NCBI GenBank assembly: GCA_965215265.1
Contig: OZ244048.1
Coordinates: forward strand, 1,696,001 to 1,760,000
Direction of reading: 5' to 3'
From: Candidatus Poribacteria bacterium
GTDB lineage: Bacteria > Poribacteria > WGA-4E > WGA-3G
DNA: 64,000 nt
Shown piece by piece: positions 61,201 to 64,000 of the stretch. Under the pieces are notes generated by a model. That model worked only from the letters and a program-made list of their open reading frames with translations. It searched no databases and was not told the DNA's origin. Within the stretch, counting starts at the first letter, position 1; each line of letters begins with the position of its first letter. A program made the position numbers and the translations under genes.

Positions 61201-63828
61201 TGTCTGCAGCGTCTGCTGCACACCTGCGTTGGAGACATCTTCAATGCGGTAGTAATACACCACATTCGGTTTGGCAGACGTATCCGTCCAACTATAGTCG
61301 TTGCGTTCGCCAGTGGTGCCGGCCCCTGCAATCAACTCGGAGTTTATCTTTGTGAAGGTGCCGTTGCGCGCATCGCTCCGCAGCAGGTTGAATCCTGCGT
61401 TGTTCAACTCGGATTCGGTTGCCCAACTGATGACGATAGCGCCTTCTACGCGTTTCGCGGTGAAGGCAGAGAGCGCCACGGGCAGCGGGCCGCCGCCCCG
61501 ATAGCCGGGAGTGCCTTCATCCTCGGCATTGCCGTAGAAGGTGTCGCGCTGCGCCTCGTTCAAAGAGGTGTTGGCGGCTAGCACCCAACCCGCTTCGGTG
61601 GTGCCGTCTTCGGCAACTGCGCCGGTGGCGCGGCTAGCGCTGCCGTAGCGGCGGATGATGGAGCTGCGCCCGTCTTCAAGCATTGGCAGCTCCCACGCAG
61701 GTTCTTCCCCTCGCCCGACATAGTTGCCAACCGTATCCACCACGGGCTTGACACCAGAGGCTTCTTTGCCATATAACGTCAACTTGAAGGCGGTGGTGGC
61801 TAGCACCGGCGAACGCCGTTCCAAGTCCAGTTTATCGCGATAAGCACTCTCACGCCGCAGGTTGATGACACGTGCATCAGGGAAGTGGCCAGAGGTGCGC
61901 CCGGTGTCTGTCACGATGAGCAGCGTCTGGTTCGGGGGGATTATCTTACCGCCTACGAATTTGAGCGTCACATCTGGGCGAACGGCGGTGTCGGTGGTGG
62001 CATCTTGTTGGATGCGGAGCGTCCAGTCGTTCAGATTCACCGCTTCGGTTAGAGAACTATTGTGCAGCTCTATCCACTGCGGCAGCCGGTTGTCTGTGTC
62101 GAACATAATCTCGCTGATGGAGACTTGGCCCGCGGCGGATTTATCTTTCACTACACCGTTCTGATACCCGGGGGTACCGCCATACGCGTCTGCGTTCGGG
62201 GTATCGCGATCCCAGCCTATGCCGGTGAAACCGCGTTTGCTCCACGCGTTTTCCGCGAAGTTGTTCTCATTGTCGCGCTGATACACTGACCCTTCCTTGA
62301 ACGCCTCATCTATATCCTTAAAGATGTCCTTGTCGGGATCCGGTGTCGCCTGCAGTGGCCAAACCTCCGTATTGTAGTTCTGAGAATCATGCGTCCCTAC
62401 AAACGGAACGAAAACAGCACCTGCCGCATCTTCTATGTGAATCGGCTTATTCTCTTTATCTTTCCCATTCCGCAGCAGCAACAAGAACTTACCGTCTGCG
62501 GGAAGGTTGAGGCCGGATACAACTACGTATTGGTGCGTCGCACCATGCTGCACCTCATCCGCATCGTCCACACCCAGATTGTTCCCACCAGCGAGAAAGT
62601 TTCCTTCGGGATTGCTGTTCGCAACGAGTAACACACCCCCGCCGGCAATACTCTTATCAGGCAGCGTCACAAGCACCTTCTCGGTGCGCGCAGACGCATC
62701 GCCTGTCACAAGCGTGAGCTCCCACTCTTTGATACTGACGGCGGCATCCGTGTCGTTTCGCAGCTCTATCCAATCTAGGCTGTCAGACGTGTGATTCCCT
62801 ACTTCGTTGATGACAATCTTTCGACCTTCGAAACTCGTCCGGTCTCCGGCGGCGATACGCTGAGACGGGGTCGAACCAGGGGTGCCGATACGCTGCCCAC
62901 CGAGGTTTATGCTCGGCGCAGAGGACGCTTGCCAGTTATCGGAACGGTTACCGTCTTCGACTTCAGCCTTGGCAAAATCTATGCTCCTATACATCGAAAC
63001 CAGAGACGCAGACGCGGCTTCATCAGTTGCCACGGTGCGCCCACCTCCACCGGGCACCTCCCAGTAGCCCAGCCCTAGATTGCTTATGCTATCTATCACC
63101 AGATACGGAGTCTCTCCTATTGTCACTTCCGCACGATTCACCAGGTCGCCTGTCGTAAAATACAACGCCCAATCGTCCGCTACGGCAGTGGCGGCAACCG
63201 CTTTTACTGCATACAGCTCTAGCCACTGGCCAGACGACGACGGCGTTTGACTCGCATCTTCGCCCCACAACACTTCACTTATGACCACATCACCTTTCGC
63301 GGCACCGCCGGTGGTTAGCTTCGGCGCTATCAATTCTATCGTCCCACCATTACGGAAAAATTCGCTCAAGTTACGAGTCAGGGTTTCTACAGGTGCAACA
63401 GCACTGGAGATACCATGCGTTGTGGATGAGCTTCCCTCTTGGGTCAATACCTCAAAACCGCCCGCTGCCAACGCTGAAAGCGTGAAGTAGTCCAATTTCG
63501 CGTCAGGGCGAAGTATCGTCAAGTCGTCTAACGCTGACAACTCATCGGGGATATCCGATACTTGCGTTCCCCGGAGATCCAGCTCTTCCAAGTTCGTGAG
63601 GCTTGACAACGCAGAGATATCCTCTACTGGCGTATTACTGATATCCAACTTTTTCAAGGTGGTGAGAGTTGCCAGAGACGAGACATCCTCTACTTCCGTT
63701 CCAGAGAGATCCAGCTCTTCCAAGCTCGTGAGGGCTGAATGCGCTGCGAAAGGCAACGCTATTACAAGGCCGGCTAATAATACAACAATGCACAACGGCA
63801 TTTTTTTTCCTAATGCTTTCGAATACAT
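61126..63828 (-). CDS. Secreted LRR and lamin-tail-domain surface protein with KLTERWATLK tail
   Basis: Signal peptide; LRRs; three ISEV/INEV/ISEI...WxEL modules; PLPVALSAF...WATESELNNAGFN. Confidence 0.85.
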   Translation of the reverse strand: MYSKALGKKMPLCIVVLLAGLVIALPFAAHSALTSLEELDLSGTEVEDVSSLATLTTLKKLDISNTPVEDISALSSLTNLEELDLRGTQVSDIPDELSALDDLTILRPDAKLDYFTLSALAAGGFEVLTQEGSSSTTHGISSAVAPVETLTRNLSEFFRNGGTIELIAPKLTTGGAAKGDVVISEVLWGEDASQTPSSSGQWLELYAVKAVAATAVADDWALYFTTGDLVNRAEVTIGETPYLVIDSISNLGLGYWEVPGGGGRTVATDEAASASLVSMYRSIDFAKAEVEDGNRSDNWQASSAPSINLGGQRIGTPGSTPSQRIAAGDRTSFEGRKIVINEVGNHTSDSLDWIELRNDTDAAVSIKEWELTLVTGDASARTEKVLVTLPDKSIAGGGVLLVANSNPEGNFLAGGNNLGVDDADEVQHGATHQYVVVSGLNLPADGKFLLLLRNGKDKENKPIHIEDAAGAVFVPFVGTHDSQNYNTEVWPLQATPDPDKDIFKDIDEAFKEGSVYQRDNENNFAENAWSKRGFTGIGWDRDTPNADAYGGTPGYQNGVVKDKSAAGQVSISEIMFDTDNRLPQWIELHNSSLTEAVNLNDWTLRIQQDATTDTAVRPDVTLKFVGGKIIPPNQTLLIVTDTGRTSGHFPDARVINLRRESAYRDKLDLERRSPVLATTAFKLTLYGKEASGVKPVVDTVGNYVGRGEEPAWELPMLEDGRSSIIRRYGSASRATGAVAEDGTTEAGWVLAANTSLNEAQRDTFYGNAEDEGTPGYRGGGPLPVALSAFTAKRVEGAIVISWATESELNNAGFNLLRSDARNGTFTKINSELIAGAGTTGERNDYSWTDTSAKPNVVYYYRIEDVSNAGVQQTLQTTRLKGHLSADGKLTERWATLKSEE

Positions 63829-63848
63829 TACTTTACCTCCAAGTTTAG

Positions 63849-64000
63849 TTAATTTGTTGATGACAGCGCTGAAATATCCGACACTTCCGTATCACTAAGA
63901 TCCAGCACTTTCAAGTTGGTTAGGTCTGACAGAGGTGTGATATCCTCTACTGGCGTTCCCGAGAGATCCAGCTCTTCCAAGTTCGTGAGGCTTGACAGCG
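63849..64000 (-). CDS. 3' end of an LRR protein (partial)
   Basis: Manual translation LSSLTNLEELDLSGTPVEDITPLSDLTNLKVLDLSDTEVSDISALSSTN*; shares DNA repeats with 63575-63735. Confidence 0.8.
   Translation of the reverse strand, partial: LSSLTNLEELDLSGTPVEDITPLSDLTNLKVLDLSDTEVSDISALSSTN

Overview
Bacterial chromosomal window. The gene repertoire points to Candidatus Poribacteria or a relative (inference): three PhyH dioxygenases, a sulfatase, LamG, LRR, ankyrin, dockerin and lamin-tail secreted proteins, and a shared C-terminal 'KLxTxWxxxK' tail. Housekeeping and metabolic genes include trpS (5' end only), mqnE-mqnA, a Fur regulator, iscU-like/iscA, sbcCD, purE, a YjhG/YagF dehydratase, an amidase and a sulfatase. 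No rRNA, tRNA, canonical CRISPR array, transposase, integrase or reverse transcriptase was recognised. Main highlights: (1) two annotated ORFs (16004-16924 and 14399-15988) are most likely one selenoprotein, a bacterial Selenoprotein N-like protein (DDESC-U-GTG) with an in-frame UGA, a bSECIS-like hairpin and fused TPR and SxxC-thioredoxin domains. (2) A repeated cassette of promoter, Rpn-like PD-(D/E)xK nuclease gene (with internal SD+ATG and variable C-terminal repeats), a copy of a secreted-protein 3' tail, and a terminator occurs as three full copies plus two relics; one copy sits between ~300-bp direct repeats at the 3' end of a tail-bearing gene. (3) A type IIG-like RM gene is split by a 148-bp insertion containing a G8 tract, where loss of one base restores the frame. 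(4) Several dispersed or mosaic repeat families are present, one of which supplies the termini of two genes.
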